Shown here piece by piece: positions 8,017 to 17,669 of a stretch of DNA of 53,779 nt. A program made the translations under genes and the position numbers. Numbering within the stretch: the first letter of the stretch is position 1; each line of letters opens with the position of its first letter. Source of the DNA: Gemmatimonadota bacterium (GTDB taxonomy: Bacteria > Gemmatimonadota > Gemmatimonadetes > Palauibacterales > Palauibacteraceae). The stretch is from NCBI GenBank assembly GCA_039590175.1, contig JBDHFW010000030.1, positions 1 through 53,779 of the forward strand, given 5' to 3'. The notes under the pieces were generated by a model that was given only the letters and a program-made list of their open reading frames with translations, searched no databases and was not told where the DNA came from.

Positions 8017-10657
8017 GTGCCTGACAAAGACCAGCTATCGCGATACCGGAAAAAGAGAAGCGCGGACGCCACCCCGGAGCCGGCGGGCGAGGCAGCGGCG
8101 GCGGCGGGGCCATTCGAGCCCGCCGCAACGGACGCGGAACCGGCCGCCTCGGTTCCCCGCGGCGGCGTGTTCTGCGTCCAGCTCCACGACGCCACGCGCC
8201 TGCACTACGACCTCCGTCTGGAGATCGACGGCACCCTCGCCTCATGGGCGGTGCCGAAGGGTCCATCGCTCGACCCGGCCGAGAAACGGCTGGCCGTACA
8301 CGTGGAGGATCATCCGCTCGAGTACGTGGACTTCGAGGGAGTCATCCCCGAAGGCAACTACGGAGCGGGGGCGATGATCCTATGGGACCGCGGGACGTGG
8401 GTTGCCCGTGACGATCCCTCGGAAGGACTGGAGACGGGAAAGATCCTGCTCGAGCTTCGCGGCCTCAAGCTTCGCGGGGTGTGGACCCTGGTGAAGCTGG
8501 CCAAGGCCGAGAACGAGTGGCTCCTCATCCGGGAGAAGAAGTACGTCGGCTCGAACGAAGACCTTCGGGACGAGAGCCTGCCGGCCGGATCCGTGCTCTC
8601 CGGGCTCACCGTCGATCAGCTGGGCACCGGATTCGACCCGGCTTCCCAGCTTCGCTCGGAGCTCGAGGAATCAGGGGCTCGGCCTCGTAGATTGAGAACG
8701 GCCGAGATCGATCTGATGCTGGGAGAGGCGCGGAAGAAGCCCTTCACGCGGGCCGGATGGATCTTCGAGCTCAAGCTGGACGGCTATCGGATGCTCGGCG
8801 GACGGTCCGGAGCCGAGGTCAGCCTGCGTACGCGGAACGGCCACAGCGCGGCAGGCACCTTCCCTGAGGTCGCGCGGGCCGTGGCGGCTCTTCCGTTCGA
8901 CCACTTCGTGCTGGACGGAGAGGTCGTGGCCCACGATGAGGAGGGCCTCCCGAACTTCCAGCGGCTTCAGAAGCGAGCGCAGCTCCGGCGCGGACCCGAC
9001 ATCGAAGCGGGCGCGCTCCGGATGCCCGTCACCTTCTATGCCTTCGACCTGCTTGCCCTTGAGGGTTTTGACCTCAGGCGGCTTCCGCTCGTCACCCGCA
9101 AGGCGATCCTCCGGAAGATGCTGCCTCAAACCGGCCTCATCCGGTACGTGGACCACTTCGAGGACCGGGGCGAGGACGTCTACGAGCACGTCCTCCGCCT
9201 GGAGCTGGAGGGCATCGTCGCCAAGAAGGCCGACAGCTCCTACCGGGGAGGCCGGTCCCGCAACTGGCTCAAGGTGCGGGCGGACCGATCGGACGATTTC
9301 GTCGTCGTCGGCTTCACGCCGCCCAAGAGAGGCCGGACCGGCTTCGGGGCCCTTCACCTGGCGGCCTACGAGGGCGGTGAGCTGCGGTACGCCGGCCGGG
9401 TGGGCGGCGGCTTCAGCGATAGCCAGCTGGCCGAGGTCGCTCAAGAGCTGGCGGCCCTCAAGCGGCCCGAGCCGGCCTTTCTGGATGCCCCCGCGACGCC
9501 GGGCACCGGCGGCAAGAGCGGCGGGCACCGCTGGGTGGAGCCGGAGCTGGTCGTGGAGGTCCGCTACAAGGAGCGCACGGAGGACGGACTCCTCAGGCAA
9601 CCCGTGTTCCTGCGCCTGCGGGAGGACAAGGCCCCTGTCGAGTGCGAGATGCCGCCGTCGAGGGGGAGCGGCCTGGACTCCGCGGCGGGATCCGCCGAGC
9701 CGGCCGGTGAGGGGCGGCCGAGCGCCCCCTCCCGATCCGGGGATTCCGCCAAGGGCCAGCGCGGGACGGCCGCGGCGCCGAAGCTCGTGCTCTCCAACCT
9801 GGACAAGGTCTTCTGGCCGGAGGACGGATACACGAAGGGTGATCTGATCGAGTACTACCGCTCGATCTCGGCCTGGCTCCTTCCCTTCCTCGAGGGTCGG
9901 CCTCTCGTGCTCACCCGGTACCCCGACGGGATCGACGGCAAGAACTTCTACCAGAAGGACGCGCCCGACTTCGCCCCCGACTGGATTCGGACCGTCGCCA
10001 TCTGGAGCGACAGCTCGAGCCGCGAGCTCGAGTACTTCGTCTGCGAGGACGAAGCTTCCCTTCTCTACCTCGCCAACCTGGGCACCATCCCGCTGCACAT
10101 CTGGATGAGCCGAGTGACGGAGCTGGAACGTCCGGACTTCTGCGTCCTGGACCTGGATCCCAAGGAGGCACCCTTCGAGCACGTGATCGAGATCGCCCTC
10201 GCCATCCGTTCACTGTGCCGGGAGATCGAGCTCCCCGAGCGGATCCACCGGACTTCACATCCTGATCCCGCTCGGGACGCGCTACACCTACGAGCAGTCG
10301 CGGACCGTCGGCCAGCTGCTGGCGCAGATCATCGTCCAGCGGCGGCCGGCGATCGCGACCCTTCAGCGCAACCTCACCGCTCGCCAGGGCAAGGTCTACA
10401 TCGACTATCTCCAGAACCGGCGCGGCCAGCTCATCGTGGCGCCGTACAGCGTCAGGCCACTCCCCGGAGCGCCCGTCTCCGCCCCTCTCCGGTGGCGAGA
10501 GGTGAAGCCCGGCCTCGAGATCGGTAAACACACCATCCGGACGCTCCCCCGTCGGGTAAGGCGGATGAAGGACGATCCGATCCTGCCGGTGCTCGAGCTC
10601 GAGACCGATCTGGCCGCGGTCCTTCTCCGCCTCCAGGAATCCCTGCTCGAGGAGTAG
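8017..10657 (+). CDS. ligD: DNA ligase D (phosphoesterase-ligase-polymerase), frameshifted near 10237
   Basis: PE domain HDATRLHYDLRLE/SWAVPKGPSLDP; ligase ELKLDGYR, EGIVAKK, WLKVR; polymerase LSNLDKVFWP, RYPDGIDG, LDLDP. The continuation SGSTGLHI...VYIDYLQN...APYSVRP is in the next frame from 10238 to the stop at 10657. Confidence 0.95.
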
Positions 10658-10711
10658 CCGTCGGAGCCTCGGGCCCGCGCCCCGGTTACCCGGAGCTAGC
10701 GGGCCGAACTC

Positions 10712-11179
10712 CTACTGCACGACGATCGTCGCCCCGACCATCTCGTTCGGGTGCACCTCGCAGAAGTAGACCCACGTCCCGAGCACGTTGGGCTCGAAGA
10801 CGGACGTGCCCCCGTTGCTCAGAAGGCCGGTGCGGATCGTGTTGCCGCCGGCCGGCTCCTCGTTGCTCGTGGCGGTGTGCTGGACGTTGTCGCGGTTCAC
10901 CCAGCCGACGGTCTGGCCGAGCTGAATGGTGACGTCGTCTCCTCCACCCGGCGCGTTGAACGCGATGTTCTCCATCTCGATCACGACGTCCGCGTCGGGC
11001 TCTCCACCCCCGCCGTTGCCCCCTCCGTTCCCTCCGCCATCATCGCCGTTCCCTCCACCGTTGGTGGGGGCGTCGCCTCCGCAGCCGACCAGGAAGACGG
11101 CCGCGCCACCGAGGAAGGCCACGAAAGTTCGTCGATCCACGGACGAATCCACATAGGAGTCTGATGAGGTCTTGCTCAT
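10712..11179 (-). CDS. Plastocyanin/azurin-family cupredoxin, predicted Tat-exported lipoprotein
   Basis: DRRTFV Tat motif and LVGC lipobox, Gly-rich linker, type-1 Cu ligands HTAT...YFCEVHPNEM. RBS GGAGG. Confidence 0.88.
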   Translation of the reverse strand: MSKTSSDSYVDSSVDRRTFVAFLGGAAVFLVGCGGDAPTNGGGNGDDGGGNGGGNGGGGEPDADVVIEMENIAFNAPGGGDDVTIQLGQTVGWVNRDNVQHTATSNEEPAGGNTIRTGLLSNGGTSVFEPNVLGTWVYFCEVHPNEMVGATIVVQ

Positions 11180-11229
11180 GTCGGTTCCTCCATCCTTGAG
11201 GTGCACAAACGCCGCTCGTCGGCAGGTCC

Positions 11230-12379
11230 TTACGGTGCCGATTCGGGCTCAGGGGCGGACGTCACGACGATCGTCGCCTTCATGACCGGATGCGGGATGC
11301 AGTGATAGGGATGGGCACCCGGCTCTTCGAACGTGAACGAGAAGCTCTCGCCCGGAGCGAGCGCCGGAGATCCCCAGACGTCCGCGTCGGACGTGCTCGT
11401 GTGGACCACGGGATCCTTGTTAATCCAGCGCACCGTCGTCCCCGGCGGGACTCCAGCGCACCGTCGTCCCCGGCGGGACTCGGAGCTCCGAAGGGCCGAA
11501 GGAGAAGCGCGAGATATGGACCTCCACGACGGCGCCGCCCGGCGGCGGCTCGAAGTCCTCCTCGGCGACCTCCTCGGGCTTGAAGATCTTTCCCCAGCGC
11601 GCGAAGCCGCTGAACGGGACGGTAAACTCGAAGCCCCAGAACACGGCCCCCTTGACGCCCGCGCTCGCGACGTTCGTGGCCACCAGCGAGAAGGTGTGTG
11701 GCGTGAACGGGATACCGATGCCGAGCTGGGCGCTCCAGGCGGCGGGGACGCCGTCCAATCCGGCGACGATGCCTCCCACGTCGCCCCCAATCTGCAGGTA
11801 GCGAGTGATCCTGAAGCCGAGGCCGCCGGCGAGAGCGAGCGAGGCGTTGTCGACGCTGTCCGGCACGTTGTAAGGGTTCGTGAATCCACGGACGGCGCCC
11901 AGGATCTGAGCGGGACCGAACCGCGTCTCCCCGGACACCTCGGCATCGAAGCTCTTGGACGCTCCGTTGTATGCTCCCAGAACCGAGAGCGACGGCGCGC
12001 CGTTCCCAACTCCCCTGATCGGCGCCCACTTCAGGAAGGGCTGCCACTCGTTGAAGTTGGACTGGACCAGGGAGTTGCTGCTGTAGCGCACCCCCACCAT
12101 CGAGCCCGAGAACAGCCCGATGTCGAGCTCGAAGGTCGGGTAGTTGACGACCTTGCCGTCCGTGAAGATGTCTCCGATCGTCGCGTCGCCCGCGACCTCG
12201 AAGCGGTGGGCGAACTGGAAGTAGACCGTCCACGGGGAGGTCACCCAGGTGCCCTGGATGTTGGGTGTCCGCTCGGTAACCGGCTGCGCGGTACCCGTCC
12301 CGCCCGGCAAGAGCGTGCCGGCACACGTGGACGCCGCGAGAAGGATCGTTCCGGCGCTCGGTCCGCGCATCCTGATCAT
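11230..12379 (-). CDS. Outer-membrane beta-barrel (DUF5777-like) fused to C-terminal cupredoxin; frameshifted by 28-nt duplication
   Basis: Signal peptide, FQFAHRF and amphipathic strands (ORF 11420..12433). Removing one repeat copy gives ...ELRVPPGTTVRWINKDPVVHTSTS...YHCIPHPVMKATIVV. Confidence 0.8.
11425..11480. repeat. Perfect 28-nt tandem duplication
   Basis: ccagcgcaccgtcgtccccggcgggact at 11425-11452 and 11453-11480. Confidence 0.95.
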
Positions 12380-12578
12380 CGAGTCTCGCTTGGAAGCCCC
12401 GCTCAAGGACCTGTTGTGAGAACGGCCGGACACGACCGTTCGTGACCGGGCCGCTTATTTCAAGTTCATGTGAAAGCAAGTCATCGCGGGTGCGTCTGGT
12501 TCCCCGGCGGGCGAGGAAACCAGCGGTGGAAGGTGCAGCTGTGGAGGATCGCCGGCGGTCGGTCGGCGCCGACCGCGG

Positions 12579-13352
12579 CTACCCCCCTTCGGTGCTGAAA
12601 CGGTCCAGGAAGGCCTGCTCGCGCTGGCTGAGACCTCCGGCGCCGGCGGCCTGGAGCTTCTCCCAGATCTCGTCGAAGCGCTCGCGGTTGATCTCGTGCA
12701 TCGCCTCCCGATCGATGCTGGACCAGCGCTCCAGCTTCGTGCCCTCGGTCTCCCAGCGCCGCTTGGCCGTTCCGTCCGCGACCGCCTTGAACTTCTTGGC
12801 CGGCAACCGGCTCTCCGTCCAACGCAGGTAGAGGTAACCCCCGACAAAGCCGCCGAGGTGAGCGAAGTGGGCGACACCGTCCTGCGCCCCGCCGAAGCCG
12901 CCGTACAGGGAGAGGGCCGTCATCACGATCACGAGCACACGGGCCTCCACGGGAAGCACGCCCCATATGTAAATGCGCTCCCGCGGCCAGTAGCGGGCGA
13001 AGCCGAGCAACACGCCGAAGACCGCGCCCGATGCGCCGATGATCGCGGTGTTCGGACTGAACGGAATGGACAGCAGTGCGCCGGCGACGCCGCTGATGAA
13101 GTAGAGGTAGAGAAAGCCCTTCGAGCCGAGGCGCATCTCGAGCCGTGGACCGAAGAAGAAGAGGGCGATCATGTTGAACAGCAGGTGCATGAAGCCACCG
13201 TGGAGGAACATGTACGTGACCAGAGTCCACGGACGATAAGGGAGGAGCACCGGCACGAACATCAGCGCCCGCATGACCTCGAGCGATGAGCTGCTCACGA
13301 AGAACATCACGACGTTGGCGATGAGCAGGCGGCGGACCCAGGGCGTCATCAT
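12579..13352 (-). CDS. Rhomboid family intramembrane serine protease
   Basis: PWTLVTYMFLHGGFMHLLFNM, GASG catalytic Ser, AHFAHLGG catalytic His, soluble helical C-terminal tail. Confidence 0.95.
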   Translation of the reverse strand: MMTPWVRRLLIANVVMFFVSSSSLEVMRALMFVPVLLPYRPWTLVTYMFLHGGFMHLLFNMIALFFFGPRLEMRLGSKGFLYLYFISGVAGALLSIPFSPNTAIIGASGAVFGVLLGFARYWPRERIYIWGVLPVEARVLVIVMTALSLYGGFGGAQDGVAHFAHLGGFVGGYLYLRWTESRLPAKKFKAVADGTAKRRWETEGTKLERWSSIDREAMHEINRERFDEIWEKLQAAGAGGLSQREQAFLDRFSTEGG

Positions 13353-14077
13353 GCCTCGTCCACCCGCTCCAGGAACTCATCCAGCAGAGCGTTGAACGCC
13401 TCGGGGTCGTCCATGTGCAGCCAGTGGCTCACGCCTGAGAGCGCCCGGACCGGCAGGTTCGGAACGACACGGTGCAGGACGGCGGGGCCGTCGTGCTGCT
13501 CGGCGATCACCGACAGCGCAGGCCCTTCGAACCCGAGCAGAGGGGTGACAAGATCAAAGCTCGGCAGCGAGCTTAGAGCGCCGACAACGACCTCATGTGA
13601 CGTCTCGGATAAATTCTGCAAGACGCTATTTCTCGTTGTCTTAGAGCTTCCGGCCAGCGCCGCCTCGTAATGGGCGACGACGTTATTGGACGCGGAAGCC
13701 AGGGAGCCCAGGAACTCGGCGATCTCGTCCGGTGGCTCCAGGCGGAGGTCTGTGCCGGGATCCACCAGGAGGATGCCGGCCACATCGTGGGGCCTCTCAG
13801 CCAGGAGCGCGATCGCAACGGCGGCGCCGTAGCTGTGGCCGGCCAGGACGAGGGGGGTCAGCTGGAGAGCGTCTACGATCGACCAGATCTCCGATGCCAC
13901 GGCCGCGGGTGCGTAGTCACCCTCCTCTGCGGCGTCGGATACCCCGTGCCCGGGCAGATCGACCGCAAGGCCCATGCGCTCGGGCATCAGGTGCTGGATC
14001 TGCGCCCGCCACTGAGCCGCGGTCCCGCCGAGTGAGTGGAGGAAGAGCACGGGGACGCGCCCGGTCGAATCAGCCAT
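13349..14077 (-). CDS. Alpha/beta fold hydrolase
   Basis: LFLHSLGG, VDLPGHGVS, nucleophile GHSYG, C-terminal SHWLHMDDP. Overlaps the rhomboid start. Confidence 0.9.
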   Translation of the reverse strand: MADSTGRVPVLFLHSLGGTAAQWRAQIQHLMPERMGLAVDLPGHGVSDAAEEGDYAPAAVASEIWSIVDALQLTPLVLAGHSYGAAVAIALLAERPHDVAGILLVDPGTDLRLEPPDEIAEFLGSLASASNNVVAHYEAALAGSSKTTRNSVLQNLSETSHEVVVGALSSLPSFDLVTPLLGFEGPALSVIAEQHDGPAVLHRVVPNLPVRALSGVSHWLHMDDPEAFNALLDEFLERVDEA

Positions 14078-14477
14078 CCGAAGCGCGCTCGCCTCTCGCA
14101 ACCCTGCGATCCGCCAGATAGGCGCTCAGGGTCATGGCCCAGCCCAGCGCTACGATGCCGAACAGGATGAGCATCATCGGGTCTCTCGTGTTCACGTAAA
14201 AAGCCGCCAGCGCGGTCAGGATGATCGCACGTACCAGCAGCGTCGTCGGATACAGCGCACTGGCGCGTAGACGGATCATCTGCGCGATGAGAATGCCCAG
14301 CGCGAGCAGCAGCACGCCGACGAACCGCACCATCACTGGCTCGTACTCGCCGGTCGACAGGAAGATCTGGAGCGAGAGACGCGGCGCGAGCGTGAAAGCC
14401 AGCCCGCCGCCGAGAAGGTAGCCCGCGAGGTAGAACAGGCTCAGCCGGGTTCGGTGCAGTGACCCCCTCCCTTCCAC
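14070..14477 (-). CDS. Small integral membrane protein (about 4 TM), unknown function
   Basis: Hydrophobic segments from LHRTRLSLFYLAGYLLGGG onward. Start is either GTG 14477 or CTG 14459 (behind GGAGG). Confidence 0.7.
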   Translation of the reverse strand: MEGRGSLHRTRLSLFYLAGYLLGGGLAFTLAPRLSLQIFLSTGEYEPVMVRFVGVLLLALGILIAQMIRLRASALYPTTLLVRAIILTALAAFYVNTRDPMMLILFGIVALGWAMTLSAYLADRRVARGERASDG

Positions 14478-14520
14478 CCTACCCAGCCGCTTCCGCCGAT
14501 CGATCCGATCGCCTCGATGC

Positions 14521-15609
14521 TCAGAGCACGAGGGCGTACAGCAAGATGGCCGCGAAAATCGTCGGGAAGACGATTCGGGAAACGCGATCGATTCGGAGCG
14601 CCGTTTCCTCCCGACCCCTCCCGGCGAGTCCCGTCGACAGGAGGGCCTCGCCGAAGGCGAAGAAGACGAGCACCGTGGCGCCCATGACGAAACGGTCGGC
14701 ACGGGTCAGGTAGGAGAGCCTCGGCAGCGTGTAGGCAAGGCTGAATAGAAAGGCGATCAGCGTCAGGACGGCGGACGTCGAGATCCCGACCTGGGGTGGC
14801 ACGAGCTTCGGGTCGATCCAGAACACCGCCCACGACATGCAGACGATGAGTATGAGCGGGAGGAAGACCTTCTGCGCGTAGTACGCCCGGTTCCGCCGCA
14901 CCTCCACACGGTAGGTGACCTGGGGCAGGTCTTGATCCGAGGTCGCCAAACGAAACGGTTCGTAGGCGACCGAGGCTCCCTCCACGGTCCAGTCGGCGAT
15001 GGAAAACTCATCGGCACTGCCGGTTCGCTCATCCTGCACGAAGGCGATCTCCTCCGCCCCGACTTTCCCGAGCACGACACCCATTGTCAGCGTCTGGCTA
15101 TCCATGGGGAAGTTCCGGAGGTCCATGCGATTGGTGAACTCGCCCTGGAAGCGTTGCTGATACTCCAGGAGTCCGTCCGGCCCGATCTGGATCTGATCCT
15201 CAAGGATCCTTTTCACCTGCCGCTCGTTCATGATCAGCACCCGGGGAGCCCAGACCGACTCGATCGCCAGCCGGCAGCCGGCCAGAGGCCGGCCGTCGAC
15301 GTCCATGAGTCGCTCATCCCGCCAGGTCATCACGAAGAAGAAGTCGGCGGAAAACGTCTGCTCAGCGTCGTTGATCGCGTACAGATCGACCAGATAGGCT
15401 CCGACGGTTACCTGGGTCGGCACACCGTCCGGGTCGGGGCGGGTGAGCGTTAGCTCCGGCGGAACCTCGCACTCCCCCTGCGCGGCTGCGGCCGGGCCGG
15501 CAAACGTCAACAGCAGCAAGAGTAGCCACACGCCGGCCGCCAACCGCGCGAGTCGACGCGTCAGTGACCTGCCTTTGGTTCTCGAGGAAGGCGTTCGGTG
15601 GTATGACAC
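14521..15609 (-). CDS. Prokaryotic pentameric ligand-gated ion channel (ELIC/GLIC-like)
   Basis: Extracellular domain motifs FSADFFFVMTWRDERL, VWAPRV, Pro-loop DLRNFPMDSQ; M1 KVFLPLILIV; M2 VGISTSAVLTLIAF; LPRLSYLTRAD; M4 RIVFP. Confidence 0.9.
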   Translation of the reverse strand: MSYHRTPSSRTKGRSLTRRLARLAAGVWLLLLLLTFAGPAAAAQGECEVPPELTLTRPDPDGVPTQVTVGAYLVDLYAINDAEQTFSADFFFVMTWRDERLMDVDGRPLAGCRLAIESVWAPRVLIMNERQVKRILEDQIQIGPDGLLEYQQRFQGEFTNRMDLRNFPMDSQTLTMGVVLGKVGAEEIAFVQDERTGSADEFSIADWTVEGASVAYEPFRLATSDQDLPQVTYRVEVRRNRAYYAQKVFLPLILIVCMSWAVFWIDPKLVPPQVGISTSAVLTLIAFLFSLAYTLPRLSYLTRADRFVMGATVLVFFAFGEALLSTGLAGRGREETALRIDRVSRIVFPTIFAAILLYALVL

Positions 15610-15721
15610 GACGCGAAGCTAAGGCGGCGGTGGTTCCGCGGCGAGCGCCCGAGTACGTTGGCGGGAATCCACGTAGAGAGTGGCCCCACGAAGCAGGGGT
15701 AGCCGGATCACGCCCGAGCTC

Positions 15722-16855
15722 ATGACCCAGGGAACCGAAGTCAGCGCCGCCCGCCTAGACGACGGGACCCTCGTCGTGCGGCTGGACGGATCGTGGCTGC
15801 AGGAGGGCGGTATCCCTTCCGCGGACCCGGTGATCCGCCAGATCTCGACCGCACCGTTGCCCGCTCGCATCGCGTTCGACGCCGCCAAACTCGAGGAGTG
15901 GGACAGCTCCCTTCTCGCCTTTGCGCGGCAGCTCGGGGAGGCCGCGGCAGCGAGCGGCGTGGAGGTCGACACTTCGGGGCTGCCGCCAGGCGCCCGACGG
16001 CTCATGGCCCTGGCGGCCGCCGTTCCCGAGCGGGTGGATGCCCGGCGGGGCGTCCGGCGTGACCGACCACTCGCCCGGCTCGGCCGAGGCGCGCTGGGCT
16101 TCTTCGGCACGACGCGCCATCTCATAGAGTTCATCGGGCTCACGTTTCTCTCTTTCCTGCGACTCCCGGTGGGGCGAGCAAAGGTACGAGGCCGGGACTT
16201 CTGGGTCTTCGTACAGGATGCCGGCGCCGATGCCCTGCCGATCGTGTCGCTCATCTCCTTCCTGATCGGCGTGATCCTCGCCTTCATCGGCGCCCTGCAG
16301 CTGAGGCAGTTCGGCGCGATCGTCTGGACGGCCAACATCGTGGCGATCGGCATGGTCCGGTATCTGGGCCCGATGATGACGGCCATCATCATGGCCGGCC
16401 GCACCGGCGCCGCCTACGCGGCGCAGCTCGGCACGATGACCGTGAACGAGGAGGTCGACGCACTCAGGACTCTGGGGATATCGCCGATCGACTTCCTGGT
16501 GCTGCCGCGCACGCTGGCGCTCGTGCTGATGATGCCGCTGCTGGCGCTGTACGCCGACTTCGTGGGGATGCTCGGAGGCGCGGTGATCGGGACGCTGGCC
16601 TTCGGCATCGGTACGCGGGAGTACATCAGTCAGACCCAGAGCATCCTGACGATGAAGGACTTCCTGTCCGGTCTCAACATGGCGGCCAGCTATGGGGTCC
16701 TGATCGCGCTCGCGGGCTGCTTCCGGGGCATGAGGTCGGGCCGCAGCGCCGCGGCGGTCGGGGAGGCGACGACGAAGGCCGTCGTCATGGCGATCGTGCT
16801 CATCGTGATGGCGACGGCGTTTTGGACGGTCCTGTATGACATCCTCGGCATCTAG
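15722..16855 (+). CDS. mlaE: MlaE-family lipid ABC permease with N-terminal STAS-like domain
   Basis: WDSSLLA STAS segment, GPMMTAIIMAGRTGAAYAAQLGTM..NEEVDAL, VGEATTKAVV. Confidence 0.92.
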   Translation: MTQGTEVSAARLDDGTLVVRLDGSWLQEGGIPSADPVIRQISTAPLPARIAFDAAKLEEWDSSLLAFARQLGEAAAASGVEVDTSGLPPGARRLMALAAAVPERVDARRGVRRDRPLARLGRGALGFFGTTRHLIEFIGLTFLSFLRLPVGRAKVRGRDFWVFVQDAGADALPIVSLISFLIGVILAFIGALQLRQFGAIVWTANIVAIGMVRYLGPMMTAIIMAGRTGAAYAAQLGTMTVNEEVDALRTLGISPIDFLVLPRTLALVLMMPLLALYADFVGMLGGAVIGTLAFGIGTREYISQTQSILTMKDFLSGLNMAASYGVLIALAGCFRGMRSGRSAAAVGEATTKAVVMAIVLIVMATAFWTVLYDILGI

Positions 16856-17669
16856 CCCCGACCACATCGTGGTCCGCGACCTCACCCTCGCCTACGGCGA
16901 GACGGTCGTGCAGAGAGACGTGAGCTTCGAGGTGCCCCGTGGGCGCGTCTTCGTCATCATGGGCGGAAGTGGCTGCGGCAAGAGCACGCTTCTGCGCTCG
17001 ATGATCGGTCTTCTCGAGCCCGCGCGGGGTGAGGTGCTGTACGATGGGAGGAGCTTCTGGGCCGCCGATCCGGCCGAACGGGAGTCGATGACCGGACACT
17101 TCGGCGTCTCGTATCAGGCGGGAGCTCTGTGGAGCTCGATGACGCTCGCGGAGAATGTCGCCCTTCCGCTCGAGGAGTACACGGAGCTCGACAAGGAGGA
17201 GATCGGGAGGATCGCTTCGCTCAAGCTGGCGCTCATGGGCCTCGCCGGGTTCGAGGAGTACTATCCCTCAGAGATCAGCGGAGGCATGAGGAAGCGGGCG
17301 GCGCTCGCGCGCGCGACCGCCCTGGATCCGGAGATTCTCTTCTTCGACGAGCCATCGGCGGGTCTGGATCCGATCAGCGCGGCGCGGTTGGACGAGCTCG
17401 TCCTCGAGCTCCGAGACAGCATGGGGATGACGATCGTCGTCGTGACGCACGAGTTGACCAGTATCTTCACCATCGCGGACGACTCCATCTTGCTGGACGC
17501 GGCGTCGAAGACGATGATCGCTCGGGGTAAACCCTCCGACCTTCTGGAAGGCTCTAGCGACCCTCGAGTCGTCGAGTTCCTGTCCCGCGGCCGGAAGAGG
17601 GTTGGGAGCGAGCACGAGCCACGGAGCGATGAGCCAACACGGAGTGATGGACCGGAGGCCATGAGTTGA
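16836..17669 (+). CDS. mlaF: MlaF-family ABC ATPase
   Basis: Walker A GGSGCGKS, signature ISGGMRKR, FFDEPSAGLDP, VVVTH. Confidence 0.93.
   Translation: MTSSASSPDHIVVRDLTLAYGETVVQRDVSFEVPRGRVFVIMGGSGCGKSTLLRSMIGLLEPARGEVLYDGRSFWAADPAERESMTGHFGVSYQAGALWSSMTLAENVALPLEEYTELDKEEIGRIASLKLALMGLAGFEEYYPSEISGGMRKRAALARATALDPEILFFDEPSAGLDPISAARLDELVLELRDSMGMTIVVVTHELTSIFTIADDSILLDAASKTMIARGKPSDLLEGSSDPRVVEFLSRGRKRVGSEHEPRSDEPTRSDGPEAMS

Noticed and set aside
10230-10245. Programmed ribosomal frameshift in ligD
   Set aside because: No slippery sequence, and conserved residues are physically missing, which a frameshift cannot restore.
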